64,000 bases of DNA, from the IMG/VR virus record IMGVR_UViG_3300042509_001805, positions 1-64,000 of that record, one strand, 5' to 3'. The position numbers were made by a program, and so were the translations under genes. The notes beneath the pieces were generated by a model. The model saw only the letters and a program-made list of their open reading frames with translations. It ran no database searches and was not told where the DNA came from. Position 1 is the first letter of the stretch, and the number at the start of each line of letters is the position of its first letter. Shown in pieces: positions 25,870 to 35,320 of the stretch. This stretch comes from an uncultured virus (IMG/VR IMGVR_UViG_3300042509_001805) (Duplodnaviria; Heunggongvirae; Uroviricota; Caudoviricetes).

Positions 25870-25953
25870 CTGGGTAACAGCCCATAAAAGCCTTCTAAGC
25901 TTTTGTCTTTAACGTATGGGATGGAAGACTAGAGTTCGATTCTCTTATCCAGA
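25870..25953 (+). tRNA. atypical tRNA-Arg(UCU)-like lacking a D-arm
   Basis: CTGGGTA/TATCCAG acceptor, AAAGC-CTTCTAA-GCTTT anticodon arm, AGAG-TTCGATT-CTCT T-arm, long variable region. Confidence 0.55.
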
Positions 25954-26022
25954 GTTTTTTTATTTTTATTAGGATTATATATTTAACTTATTTTACTATT
26001 TTGGAAAAAAATAGGCATTATT

Positions 26023-26274
26023 ATGCAATGGCATAAAGTAAACGGTTTGGTTGTGCCGATTGAAAAACCGAAGAAGCCAACACGAAAAGAATTAATGGAT
26101 ATGTATTACCTAATGCATTGTCGCTGTCCATCGTGCGGTAGCAATAACATCGCAAGTACCTGCGTAGGATACGCATTTAATGATATTGAAACAGCTAAGG
26201 ATGAAAATAGGGCAATGTGCGGTTGTGGGTGGCGTGGTATTGTGCATGACCTAGTTCCACAGGAAAAACTATGA
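26023..26274 (+). CDS. Cys-rich hypothetical protein
   Basis: CPSCG...CGCGW. Confidence 0.6.
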   Translation: MQWHKVNGLVVPIEKPKKPTRKELMDMYYLMHCRCPSCGSNNIASTCVGYAFNDIETAKDENRAMCGCGWRGIVHDLVPQEKL

Positions 26275-26359
26275 ACGAAGAAAAGATTTATAGTTGGGGT
26301 GGCAGATATGCTTCAAACATTCCGCCAAATTATACTGATAAAGAAAAACAGGAGAAAAC

Positions 26360-26665
26360 ATGATTAAATATTTAGTATGTGCAGCGTTTTGTTTGATGGC
26401 ATCTTGTGTTAACGCTCAAGATTTGTATTACAACTACGGCGGTATTTATAACCCGCCTCAAAATTATCGTAATGTTTATCGTTATGACTATTATCAGCCG
26501 CGAGTAGTTGGATATATGCCAATCGTTCAGTGGATTCCACAAGGAACGTATTTGAATGTTGGGCCAGTTGTGGTTGACAAACAGCGGAGGCGTGTTATAA
26601 TGGGTATCAACGCGGGATTTTACGGTATTAACGGGGTTGACACTTATTATCTTTATGGGCGGTAA
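26360..26665 (+). CDS. secreted Tyr-rich protein
   Basis: Signal peptide ending VNA-Q; AGGAG RBS. Confidence 0.65.
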   Translation: MIKYLVCAAFCLMASCVNAQDLYYNYGGIYNPPQNYRNVYRYDYYQPRVVGYMPIVQWIPQGTYLNVGPVVVDKQRRRVIMGINAGFYGINGVDTYYLYGR

Positions 26666-26684
26666 CCGTAGGTGAGCGAAAATT

Positions 26685-26732
26685 GTCGGAGAAAACGTCG
26701 GGGAAAACGTCGGGGAAAACGTCGGGGAAAAT
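26685..26732. repeat. 12-bp tandem repeat x4
   Basis: gtcgg(a/g)gaaaa(c/t) x4, intergenic. Confidence 0.9.
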
Positions 26733-26747
26733 TAGAGGAGCAACAGA

Positions 26748-27134
26748 ATGAGAGAGATTAAGTTTAGGGTTTGGTCAAAAGATAGAAAAATGTTTGTTGT
26801 GGATGGTATGAGCGTGGAAGACATACAAGAAGATGCTACTCATTCAGTACACTTGCCTATGCTTATTAAGCAGGAAGAGTGTGTTTGGCAACAGTATATT
26901 GGACTTAAAGACCTTAATGGAAGAGATATCTATGAGGGCGATATAGTTTCAATTTATTTAAACGGCCCATTAGAAACTTCTAAACCTAATACTGGCGTGG
27001 TTATTTGGAATGAAGATAATGCAGGTTTTGTAATGGCGACAAAAGTTTATGATGAAGATGTAAATTGGGAATTTTTACTTACTGAATTGACCGTAATTGG
27101 AAACATATTTGAAAACCCTGAGTTATTAAGATGA
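26748..27134 (+). CDS. YopX-family protein
   Basis: MREIKFRVW...QYIGLKD.NG.DIYEGDIV...VIGNIFENPELL. Confidence 0.92.
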   Translation: MREIKFRVWSKDRKMFVVDGMSVEDIQEDATHSVHLPMLIKQEECVWQQYIGLKDLNGRDIYEGDIVSIYLNGPLETSKPNTGVVIWNEDNAGFVMATKVYDEDVNWEFLLTELTVIGNIFENPELLR

Positions 27135-27460
27135 GAGAAAGTAAGTTTAGAATGTGGAATGTCGATGCTAACCGTTGGGCTGATATTGATGACTACTTTA
27201 GCGCAAAAAAGTTGATTTGGCAATTACGCACTGGACTCAAAGACCGTAACGGTCAAGAAATCTACGAAGGTGATTTAATTAACTTTTCTTGGCAGGCTGG
27301 ACATAAAGAATTTTATGAATGCAAAAACCAAGAAGTATTTTATAGCAACGAATGTGCAAGTTTTGTTTTTGGCAAAGACGAAATTTGTATGCTTGACCGC
27401 GTAGTATATGATACTTTAGAAGTTGTTGGAAACGTATTTGAAAACCCGGAGTTATTATAA
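27131..27460 (+). CDS. YopX-family protein
   Basis: TGLKDRNGQEIYEGD...VVGNVFENPELL. Confidence 0.9.
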   Translation: MRESKFRMWNVDANRWADIDDYFSAKKLIWQLRTGLKDRNGQEIYEGDLINFSWQAGHKEFYECKNQEVFYSNECASFVFGKDEICMLDRVVYDTLEVVGNVFENPELL

Positions 27461-27657
27461 TGTACGGACCAAGCGAAGGACAATCATATGCCATTGGATG
27501 CTTAATGATTATACTTGTTATTCTATCTATATTTGGCGTAATGGAAATTATTGATATCGTCAAATATGTTTTTTCTCATCTAAAATGGGTTGACAATTAA
27601 GATTGTTGTGGTATAATGACGATAAAGGAGATTTAAAATGAAAGTGGAGATGAGCGA

Positions 27658-27939
27658 ATGAGCGAGTTTACAAAAGGACCGTGGCGGAAAGGCAATGTAG
27701 GCGAAATTATGCTGAATAACAAATACCGCGAAATCATTTCCGACGACGGGAAGATTGGATTGGTGTACGGAATTATTGACCAAGACAACAAGGCCAACGC
27801 CAATCTCATCGCAGCCGCACCGGAGTTGTACGAGGCTCTTCAAAAGGTGCTTGACCAATCGTGGAATGGACCTATCGACGCGGAGCATCACGCGAGAAAA
27901 CAGGCTGCTGCCGCACTAGCCAAAGCGAGGGGCGAATGA
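27658..27939 (+). CDS. conserved phage protein
   Basis: FTKGPW...ANANLIAAAPELYEAL...ALAKARGE. Confidence 0.75.
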   Translation: MSEFTKGPWRKGNVGEIMLNNKYREIISDDGKIGLVYGIIDQDNKANANLIAAAPELYEALQKVLDQSWNGPIDAEHHARKQAAAALAKARGE

Positions 27940-28283
27940 GCGAGATACAAGCTGGCGAAGGATGGCGGTTGCTGGGGCCAGATGAATCGGTAGATGGTTT
28001 TGGCGACGAGCATAAAACATCAGAGGGCGTATGGATTAAAGTGCCGTCATACTTCACCCTCCGGAAAGCCGCAGATTTTATCGCCGTTCGCCGCCGCATC
28101 CCGGTCAAGCCGGAGGCGGTGGAGATAGACGGTCATCGAGTCAGCCTTGACAACGGGTTCGTGCGAATCGGCAGCTTATTTTCGCAGTACTATTTTTCGT
28201 CACGCACTGAGGCGATTCGCAAACTTGGCGAGTGGTGTATTGCTGTTGCCGACTGGCGAGAGGCACAAGGAGATAGTAAATGA
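27936..28283 (+). CDS. hypothetical protein, family D (GEGWRLLGPDE)
   Basis: Paralog of 28280, 40590 and 40945. Confidence 0.75.
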   Translation: MSEIQAGEGWRLLGPDESVDGFGDEHKTSEGVWIKVPSYFTLRKAADFIAVRRRIPVKPEAVEIDGHRVSLDNGFVRIGSLFSQYYFSSRTEAIRKLGEWCIAVADWREAQGDSK

Positions 28284-28651
28284 GCGAGATTGAAGCTGGC
28301 GATGGATGGCGATTGCTGGGGCCAGATGAGGTAATCAAGAAAGGGGACGAAGTTTGCCCTTTGTTTAGCTTTATATGGTCAGAAGTCCCAGAGCAATTTA
28401 TTGGCAAAGAGAATCAAGGCTCACAAATCCGTCGCCGCATCCCGGCCAAGCCGGAAGCGTTGGACATCTGGAACGCTTTTGAGGTGAGTGTGGGCTCAGG
28501 TGTTGCCGCGACCTTCGTTATCCGACAGATGGGAGCGTCGCAAGACGAGTGGGACGTTGTTGTCGGCGATCTAAACGATGCCCGCCAACTAGCCGACTGG
28601 CTGACACGTTACGCCGACTGGCGAGAGGCACAGTATTTAAATGCAAAGTAA
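28280..28651 (+). CDS. hypothetical protein, family D
   Basis: GDGWRLLGPDE...RRRIPAKPE...ADWREAQ. Confidence 0.75.
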   Translation: MSEIEAGDGWRLLGPDEVIKKGDEVCPLFSFIWSEVPEQFIGKENQGSQIRRRIPAKPEALDIWNAFEVSVGSGVAATFVIRQMGASQDEWDVVVGDLNDARQLADWLTRYADWREAQYLNAK

Positions 28652-29012
28652 AAAATGCATAAAATGCAATCAAGAACTTGACGTTTCTTCTTTTGCTAAA
28701 AGGGGCGGTGAAAATTATTTACGAACCGAGTGTAAAAGATGCAATAACGAATCAACCAAAATAAGAAAGCTACTCAGGCAGCAAAACGAATCGCCGCCAG
28801 ACAATTACTGCTGCCCAATATGCGGCAGAAACAACGAGCAATGCGCTGGCCAAGGCGGAAAAGAAATACCGGCTTGGGTTATTGACCATTGCCACAAAAC
28901 AAATAAATTTAGAGGTTGGCTTTGCCATAAATGCAATCGTTCATTGGGTGGTTTCAATGATAGTATTGAGTTATTAAACAAAGCTATTGATTATTTAAAG
29001 AATTGGAGTTAA
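28641..29012 (+). CDS. recombination endonuclease VII-like protein
   Basis: CPICG...IDHCHKTNKFRGWLCHKCNRSLG. Confidence 0.88.
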   Translation: MQSKKCIKCNQELDVSSFAKRGGENYLRTECKRCNNESTKIRKLLRQQNESPPDNYCCPICGRNNEQCAGQGGKEIPAWVIDHCHKTNKFRGWLCHKCNRSLGGFNDSIELLNKAIDYLKNWS

Positions 29013-29013
29013 A

Positions 29014-29367
29014 ATGAAAGTTGCTGTATATGGAACATTGCGTCGTGGTTTTGGAAATCATAGACTTTTAGCACATTCTAAATTTTTAGGGCAAACAAAA
29101 ACTGAACCAGTATTTACAATGTATGGTCATTTAGTTCCTTGGTTGTCTAATAATGGAACAACTTCTATTGTTGTTGAAGTTTACGAAGTTGATCAAACAA
29201 TAATGGATTCGCTTGATTGGCTAGAAGGCTATCCGTCTTATTACAATCGCCAGTTGATTAACACTGAATTTGGCGAAGCGTGGATTTATTTTATTGACAA
29301 TAGAGATTCGGGTGCTATAATAGAAAGTGGCGACTGGGCCGAGTATAGAAGGTCTGTGTTGCTTTAG
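29014..29367 (+). CDS. gamma-glutamylcyclotransferase (AIG2-like)
   Basis: VAVYGTLRRG..NH, LD.LEGYP.YY.R. Confidence 0.9.
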   Translation: MKVAVYGTLRRGFGNHRLLAHSKFLGQTKTEPVFTMYGHLVPWLSNNGTTSIVVEVYEVDQTIMDSLDWLEGYPSYYNRQLINTEFGEAWIYFIDNRDSGAIIESGDWAEYRRSVLL

Positions 29368-29372
29368 TATTT

Positions 29373-29900
29373 GGCGCGGTGGTGAAATGGCAGACACTCA
29401 GGACTCAAAAAGGGTCGGCTATCTCGAAAGGGATAGTTAGTAAGGTGTAAATTCGGTGAACGCTTAACAGATAATGCTGATGCCAACGCCGAGCGAAGCT
29501 CAAATAAATATTGGAACTGTAAACTGAGTTCGATTCTCAGGATGCTTGGTTGCTGTGTGGTTCGATTCCACAATGCTCTCTGGTGAGGGGACTGGTTCGA
29601 ATCCAGTTGTTTGAGAACGTGTAGAGACTATAATCACCCACCTAATGTAGATAGCAAATTATATTGCGGGGGCAGACATAGTAGAGTGTATATCTCGTCT
29701 ACCTATCTATAATGGTGAAGGCATAGTCCAGACCACAAACATGGAAGATTCTCTCAGTGAGACAGAAACTCACGTTAATCAAACAAACAGAGTGGGGAGA
29801 GTGAGAGATAAAATATCCCCCATTGGCGGTGAAAACCGTAGTGGTAAGTAAAATCCTGTGGGAATTAAATCCCGTGCGGGTTCGAGTCCCGCTCGCGCTA
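29373..29900 (+). tRNA. tRNA-Leu(UAA) interrupted by a group I intron
   Basis: Exon 1 29373-29405 (GGCGCGG...CAGGACT); exon 2 29849-29900 (TAAAATCCTG, long variable arm, T-arm, TCGCGCT-A). Spliced loop CTTAAAA. Confidence 0.88.
29406..29848 (+). ncRNA. group I self-splicing intron (443 nt, no ORF)
   Basis: P1 GACT|C-AAAA-GGGTC with U.G at the splice site; core elements AAATTCGGTGAA, AACGCCGAGC, GTAGAGACTA, GGCATAGTCC; terminal G. Confidence 0.88.
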
Positions 29901-29999
29901 TTTCTCTATATTTTTTAAAAATGTTTTGTAAACAGTCAATCCTTTGCCGATAATACTAAGTATTCAAATGTAAATGAATCTTAATATAGAGAAAGTAAA

Positions 30000-30743
30000 A
30001 TGTACCATCCGTACAAAAAAGGATATAGTGTACTACCGGCATTGGAAAAGTTAGATGGACCTATTTTTCACAAGGATGTTTTTTACGATGAATACATTGA
30101 AGCAAAAATTGAAATCTCAAAAAAAAGAAATCTTCTACTTTATAGTAACATTAGTAAAGATATACTTTATTGTGCAGAATCTGTAATAAAAGAAAATGCC
30201 GATTGGGTTAATCCAAATTACAGTTTTGGCGATATATGTATGCAGCTACAAGAAGATGTAGCAATTCATAGAATTGATAGAGCTACAAATTCTAATTGGT
30301 TAGCAGCATCGCATATTGCATTTCCATCGAGTTGGCGTCCAGAAGAAAAAATTGGAAAGGGATTAGAAGAAATTCATCAACCAGTACCGGGAATGAATTT
30401 AAAAAATAGCTACAGGTTAGCTGAAACTTCTTGTCGTCTTGGCCCATTCCAAAGATTCGTTTGGTCGCCAATTTTTGAGTATAGATTGGATTTTCATCCA
30501 GATAATCCAAAACAAAAGTTTGACCCAAAAAATCCAAAAATCTATGTTAAAGTAGAAAAGCAGATTACATATCCTTTGTTGGATGTTGATGCTTTTCTTT
30601 TTGTTTTAAGACAATACATTGTAGAGCCAGACCTTATTGACTTATATAGAACGTGTTGTACAATGACACCAGAACAAAAGAAATACAAAGGTATAACCGA
30701 TGAATTTCTTGATTTTTTATTTTTGTGGTTGGATCAAAGCTAA
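30000..30743 (+). CDS. DUF3445 / heme-dependent oxidative N-demethylase alpha-subunit-like protein
   Basis: QED....., FPSSW.PEEKIGK.L.EIHQPVPG. Confidence 0.75.
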   Translation: MYHPYKKGYSVLPALEKLDGPIFHKDVFYDEYIEAKIEISKKRNLLLYSNISKDILYCAESVIKENADWVNPNYSFGDICMQLQEDVAIHRIDRATNSNWLAASHIAFPSSWRPEEKIGKGLEEIHQPVPGMNLKNSYRLAETSCRLGPFQRFVWSPIFEYRLDFHPDNPKQKFDPKNPKIYVKVEKQITYPLLDVDAFLFVLRQYIVEPDLIDLYRTCCTMTPEQKKYKGITDEFLDFLFLWLDQS

Positions 30744-30755
30744 ACGGAGATTTTG

Positions 30756-31784
30756 ATGTATAATTTGTGCTGTATAAGTAACGAGCTAAAAGAACAAGGT
30801 TACTCATTCAAGACCATGACTTGGAAAAGATTTTGCCAACTTTCAGAATTGCATGGGCGAGGATATGCAATAATGGAGCTTGGGTATCGTTATTTAAACA
30901 ATATAAAAGTTACACATCAAATCATAAAACATTGTCATAAACACGGATGGGGATATCGCGTATCATCAGACCTTTTTCCTCTTTTAACTCATCCAGAAGC
31001 AAAATTCTTGCTCAAGAATATTCCACAGTATGACGATATTTTTGAAGAGTTTCGTGCTATACGAAACGGTAATTACAATGTGCGTTTATCTACTCATCCA
31101 GACCAATTCAATGTGCTTGCAAGTAATAATTTAGAGTCTGTGCGTAAAACAATTCAAGAACTATCGAATCATGGAATGGTTATGGATTTATTAGGATGTG
31201 AACAAAATTATAACAATCCAATAAATATTCATGTCAATTGCGCCGATGGTGAGCCAGAAGATATTGCCATGCGATTTACATACTGGCTTGCTGCCGCGCC
31301 ACACAACGTGCGGTCACGACTTGTTGTAGAAAATGAAGATAAGGGTATATGGACCGTAAGTAATCTACTTAGATATTTCTGGGAAGAATACGGAATTCCA
31401 ATAACGTTTGATAATCTGCATCATAAATGTAATCCTTGTGGTATGTCGGAAGAATTAGCTATGGCGCATTGTGCTGGAACATGGTATCATTATGGAGCAA
31501 AGCCGCTATTCCACTACAGCGAATCTTGCCCAAACAACAAAAACAAACGCGCTCATGCTGATATGCCAACAAACATTCCTCCATCAGATAAATATGATTG
31601 GGATGTCGAATTAAAAAATAAGGATAAAGCGATACGTCATTTATATTTAATTGAACTTATGCGAGAATCTGAATTACTTGGTGAATGGGCTGCTGATGTT
31701 GGTCCGCAGCGAGGCCCAAGTAGTGTTGCAAAAATAAATGCAGAAACAAAATCTGTTAACATTCAGTTGAAGGAATTATCATGA
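30756..31784 (+). CDS. uvsE: UV damage endonuclease
   Basis: YRVSSDLFP, RLSTHPDQFNVLAS, INIHV, RLVVENEDK, FDNLHH, HYSES, AHAD. Confidence 0.92.
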   Translation: MYNLCCISNELKEQGYSFKTMTWKRFCQLSELHGRGYAIMELGYRYLNNIKVTHQIIKHCHKHGWGYRVSSDLFPLLTHPEAKFLLKNIPQYDDIFEEFRAIRNGNYNVRLSTHPDQFNVLASNNLESVRKTIQELSNHGMVMDLLGCEQNYNNPINIHVNCADGEPEDIAMRFTYWLAAAPHNVRSRLVVENEDKGIWTVSNLLRYFWEEYGIPITFDNLHHKCNPCGMSEELAMAHCAGTWYHYGAKPLFHYSESCPNNKNKRAHADMPTNIPPSDKYDWDVELKNKDKAIRHLYLIELMRESELLGEWAADVGPQRGPSSVAKINAETKSVNIQLKELS

Positions 31785-32593
31785 CTTATAAAGTAGGAAT
31801 AATTGGCCGGGGTTTTGTTGGAGGAGCAATTGAATCTTATCTTAAAGATAAATGCGATGTTGTATCTTATGACATACGCGACTCTTTAGATGCTGACCAA
31901 GGCTACAAAAATGTAGTTGATCACTCTGAAATTATTTATGTTTGCGTTCCTACACCACAAAATAGTGATGGTAGTTTTTGTAAAGATATTTTGGAACAAA
32001 GTATAAGACTAATAGATTTTCATGCTGCGCAAAAATCAACTCAACCAATTGTTGTAATAAAGTCAACAATGTCTCCGGGAACATTTGATGATCTTTACAA
32101 TATTTACAAGAACATTGAAATGGTTGTCAACCCAGAGTTTTTGACTGAACGAACAGCCAAGAAAGATGTTCAAAACACAAAAAAACATTTGATTGGAGGT
32201 TATTCAATCAATGCTGCACATCCCGTTATGGAGTTCATTTGGTCGATGTGGCCTAGTACAGATTGTTTTTATGTAGAACCAACTGAAGCTGAACTAATAA
32301 AATATATTACAAACTCTTTTTTTGCAGTAAAAGTTTCATTTGCAAATCATATACATGACTTGTGCGAGTCGCTTGGTATTGATTACGAAAGTATTTCTGA
32401 TACAATGATCCAAGTAGATCCAAGGGTTGGCGATCTTCATTGGAAAGTTCCCGGTCCAGATGGAAAGCTTGGATTTGGAGGAAGATGTTTTCCAAAAGAC
32501 TTGAATAGTATGATTGAACTATTCAATAAGCTTGAGCTTGATTGCGATGTTCTTTCTGCTGCCCAAAATTACAATTTAAAAATAAGGGATTGA
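31781..32593 (+). CDS. UDP-glucose/GDP-mannose dehydrogenase family (lacks C-terminal domain)
   Basis: GxGxVG, CVPTP, IKST, NPEFL, AELIKY..N, GFGGRCFPKD. Confidence 0.88.
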   Translation: MTYKVGIIGRGFVGGAIESYLKDKCDVVSYDIRDSLDADQGYKNVVDHSEIIYVCVPTPQNSDGSFCKDILEQSIRLIDFHAAQKSTQPIVVIKSTMSPGTFDDLYNIYKNIEMVVNPEFLTERTAKKDVQNTKKHLIGGYSINAAHPVMEFIWSMWPSTDCFYVEPTEAELIKYITNSFFAVKVSFANHIHDLCESLGIDYESISDTMIQVDPRVGDLHWKVPGPDGKLGFGGRCFPKDLNSMIELFNKLELDCDVLSAAQNYNLKIRD

Positions 32594-32594
32594 T

Positions 32595-33650
32595 ATGAAG
32601 ATAGTTGATGAAGTTAAACTTGATTTTGATGACATACTTCTTGTTCCAGCGAGATCACCAGCAGCAAGCCGAAAAGAAGTTGAGCTTAAACGGTTGTTTA
32701 AGTTTTTTCATTCTCCCCGACAATGGTATGGCATACCAATCATGGCAGCGAATATGGATGTTACAGGCACGTTTGCTATGGGCAATTCTTTATTGAACTG
32801 GTGTGCTGTTACCTGTCTTCACAAACATTATCCAATTGAAGAGGTAGTAAAATACTATAAGTCAAATAATGTTCAAAACAATGTTTGGATGAGCATTGGA
32901 ATGAATCAAGAAAAAGATATCGACAGGCTTATTGCAGTCGAAGATGCTACAGATTACTCTCCAAATATTTGTATTGATATTGCAAACGGTTATACCGAAA
33001 AGTTTGTTGAGTGGTGTGCAAAAGTAAGAAGTGTTTTCAAAGATTCAATTATTATGGCTGGTAATGTTTGTACTCCAGAAATGGTGCAGGAGTTGATTCT
33101 GCATGGCGGAGTCGATATAGTTAAGGTTGGAATTGGACCGGGAAGCGCGTGTCTGACTCGTCATATGACTGGTGTGGGATTCCCGCAACTTTCAGCGATT
33201 ATAGAGTGTAGTCATGCTGCTCATGGACTCAAAAGCGGAGAAGGCAGAATGGGATTGATTTGTGCTGATGGCGGATGTAGAATACCAGCAGACGTATGCA
33301 AAGCTTTCGCTGCCAACGCTGATTTTGTTATGCTTGGAGGAATGTTTGCAGGAGCAGATGAGTGTGATGGTGAATGGATAACCCAAGGCGATAAAAAATA
33401 TCTAACATTTTACGGAATGTCATCGCAAAAAGCACAATATAAGCATAACGGAGGAATGGCTACCTACAAAGCCAGTGAGGGTCGCGTCAAAAAAGTAGCT
33501 CATAAAGGTTCTGCCAATGATATTATGTCAGAAATTTGCGGTGGTCTTCGTAGCTGTTGTGCTTATACTGGCGCTATTTGCTTGAAAGATTTGCCAAAAT
33601 GTGCAAAAGCTGTCCGTGTTAACCGAGTTCATTTTGATAATACGGTTTAA
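32595..33650 (+). CDS. guaC: GMP reductase
   Basis: KLDFDD.LL.P, AANMD, CIDIANGY, KVGIGPGSAC.TR, FYGMSS, ASEG. Confidence 0.93.
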   Translation: MKIVDEVKLDFDDILLVPARSPAASRKEVELKRLFKFFHSPRQWYGIPIMAANMDVTGTFAMGNSLLNWCAVTCLHKHYPIEEVVKYYKSNNVQNNVWMSIGMNQEKDIDRLIAVEDATDYSPNICIDIANGYTEKFVEWCAKVRSVFKDSIIMAGNVCTPEMVQELILHGGVDIVKVGIGPGSACLTRHMTGVGFPQLSAIIECSHAAHGLKSGEGRMGLICADGGCRIPADVCKAFAANADFVMLGGMFAGADECDGEWITQGDKKYLTFYGMSSQKAQYKHNGGMATYKASEGRVKKVAHKGSANDIMSEICGGLRSCCAYTGAICLKDLPKCAKAVRVNRVHFDNTV

Positions 33651-33695
33651 AATGTGTATAAAGCATCAAATGCGAGCTTTATTTTAGGTAAAATA

Positions 33696-33980
33696 ATGGA
33701 CAAAGAAAAACTAATAAAAACCATAAATTCAATTTATGAATGGCCCATAACAGAAGAAAAAATACTTGAGGTTTATGATAACTTCAAGAATATAATCAAA
33801 TGTGGCGATATAGAAACTATTGAATTCATGGAAAATGTAATCAAATTTGACAAAAAACGAAGAATGGAATACAGAAACTATCTAGCTTCAATTGGTTTTG
33901 AATTAAGGCCAAACGAACTAGACCAGTATATTTTATTGATGATTATTGCTATGTTAGATACGGTAAAAATTAATGGCTAG
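33696..33980 (+). CDS. hypothetical protein
   Basis: ORF. Confidence 0.55.
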   Translation: MDKEKLIKTINSIYEWPITEEKILEVYDNFKNIIKCGDIETIEFMENVIKFDKKRRMEYRNYLASIGFELRPNELDQYILLMIIAMLDTVKING

Positions 33981-35319
33981 ATCAAGACTTGGACACGGAT
34001 TTAAATGTTGCAAAGAAGAAAGTAGTTCTAGCTCTAGTTCATCTAGTTCCATTTCAACTGGAACGGCCAGTTCATCTACTTCTACTGGCGGTCCAAGTGG
34101 CGATTGTCCATGTTTAGTTTACTCTGAAAAGTTTTTAGCTTTTGACTCCTGTGACCCACAGGAAGACAGAATCGGCGCGATTAGTATAAATATGTCGCCA
34201 ACTAGAGTTTGCGGCAATCAAAATTTTACAATTAGCTTTACAATAAGAAATGAAACTGGTGGTACTTGGACTTCAACAAATGATGATTCTTTTGTTTACT
34301 TGGCGGTTGTAAACACCAATGGAAATTCATGTACTTTATGTTCTGATATTGATTATGTAAGCGCAAGCCCATCTCCACTTAGAACAAATCTTACCGGTGG
34401 AAATGTAGGATGCGCAATCATGCAAATAGATTGGTCTATAAACCTTGCCAACAACTCAGAAACTTCTTACTCGGCTACATTTACTATGGGTACAATTTGT
34501 AACTGTACCGACCCAGTTATTTTTGAAGTTGGTGTTGTGAGAGGCTGTCGCGCAACACTTTCTGCTGTATGCGATCCATGTCAACCATCTCCTTGTGTTG
34601 GTAATTGTCAGGTAAATAAACCATCAACAGCAACTGGTTCTGGCGGTCAGTTTTGGGATATACTATCCTCTACATATAATACGGCTAATGGCAACTGGTC
34701 ACTAACAGCTGTTGCTAAAACCCCTACTGGTGTTGGAGCTAGTAGTTTTAGCAGTGGTCAAGTAAGTAGTACCGGAGGAGCAAACGCTGCAATTAGTTCA
34801 CACGTTCCAGCTGCAAATTTTGGCGGTACAGCATATCCCGTCGGAACAGTAGTTACAATAAATGGAACATCAACTCCGCCGACTTCTGCGAATTGTTCAA
34901 CTTGGGGATTTGGTTTAGTTACATACGCTATAGTTTATCTTCCAGCAACTTGGACTTCAGAAATTTGTGCATCAGATTTTAATCCTATGAATTTTTTAGA
35001 TCAGGAAAATTATTCATATTCTAGCAATAGATCGTTATCTAGCGGATCTGGAGATATATCTTCAATATCAAGCTTTTCACTGACTTTAAATTCAGAAAAA
35101 TGTTGCGACGGAGCGTGTGTGGTTGATTGTGAAAATGGACAAGTTATTAGAACTATTTTTGATGATTGTGCTGGAAGAATATCAGACAGTGGAGAATCGT
35201 GTAATTGTCAGTCCGGTTTCGATCTAAATGTTTGTTATGAAAAACCAGATGGTCCCCTTGTAATTAAGTGTGGATACAAAGATTCCTCTTTGAATTATAT
35301 TGTTTGTGGAGATGTTTGA
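33973..35319 (+). CDS. Ser/Thr/Cys-rich protein, possibly virion-associated
   Basis: 448-aa ORF with poly-Ser and many Cys. Confidence 0.65.
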   Translation: MARSRLGHGFKCCKEESSSSSSSSSSISTGTASSSTSTGGPSGDCPCLVYSEKFLAFDSCDPQEDRIGAISINMSPTRVCGNQNFTISFTIRNETGGTWTSTNDDSFVYLAVVNTNGNSCTLCSDIDYVSASPSPLRTNLTGGNVGCAIMQIDWSINLANNSETSYSATFTMGTICNCTDPVIFEVGVVRGCRATLSAVCDPCQPSPCVGNCQVNKPSTATGSGGQFWDILSSTYNTANGNWSLTAVAKTPTGVGASSFSSGQVSSTGGANAAISSHVPAANFGGTAYPVGTVVTINGTSTPPTSANCSTWGFGLVTYAIVYLPATWTSEICASDFNPMNFLDQENYSYSSNRSLSSGSGDISSISSFSLTLNSEKCCDGACVVDCENGQVIRTIFDDCAGRISDSGESCNCQSGFDLNVCYEKPDGPLVIKCGYKDSSLNYIVCGDV

Positions 35320-35320
35320 A

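Noticed and set aside
29373..29410. tRNA-Leu(CAA)
   Set aside because: CAAAA belongs to the intron P1 loop; the spliced anticodon loop is CTTAAAA (UAA).
29364..29573. Homing endonuclease ORF in the intron
   Set aside because: Only a short antisense ORF without nuclease motifs; the intron interior is structured RNA.
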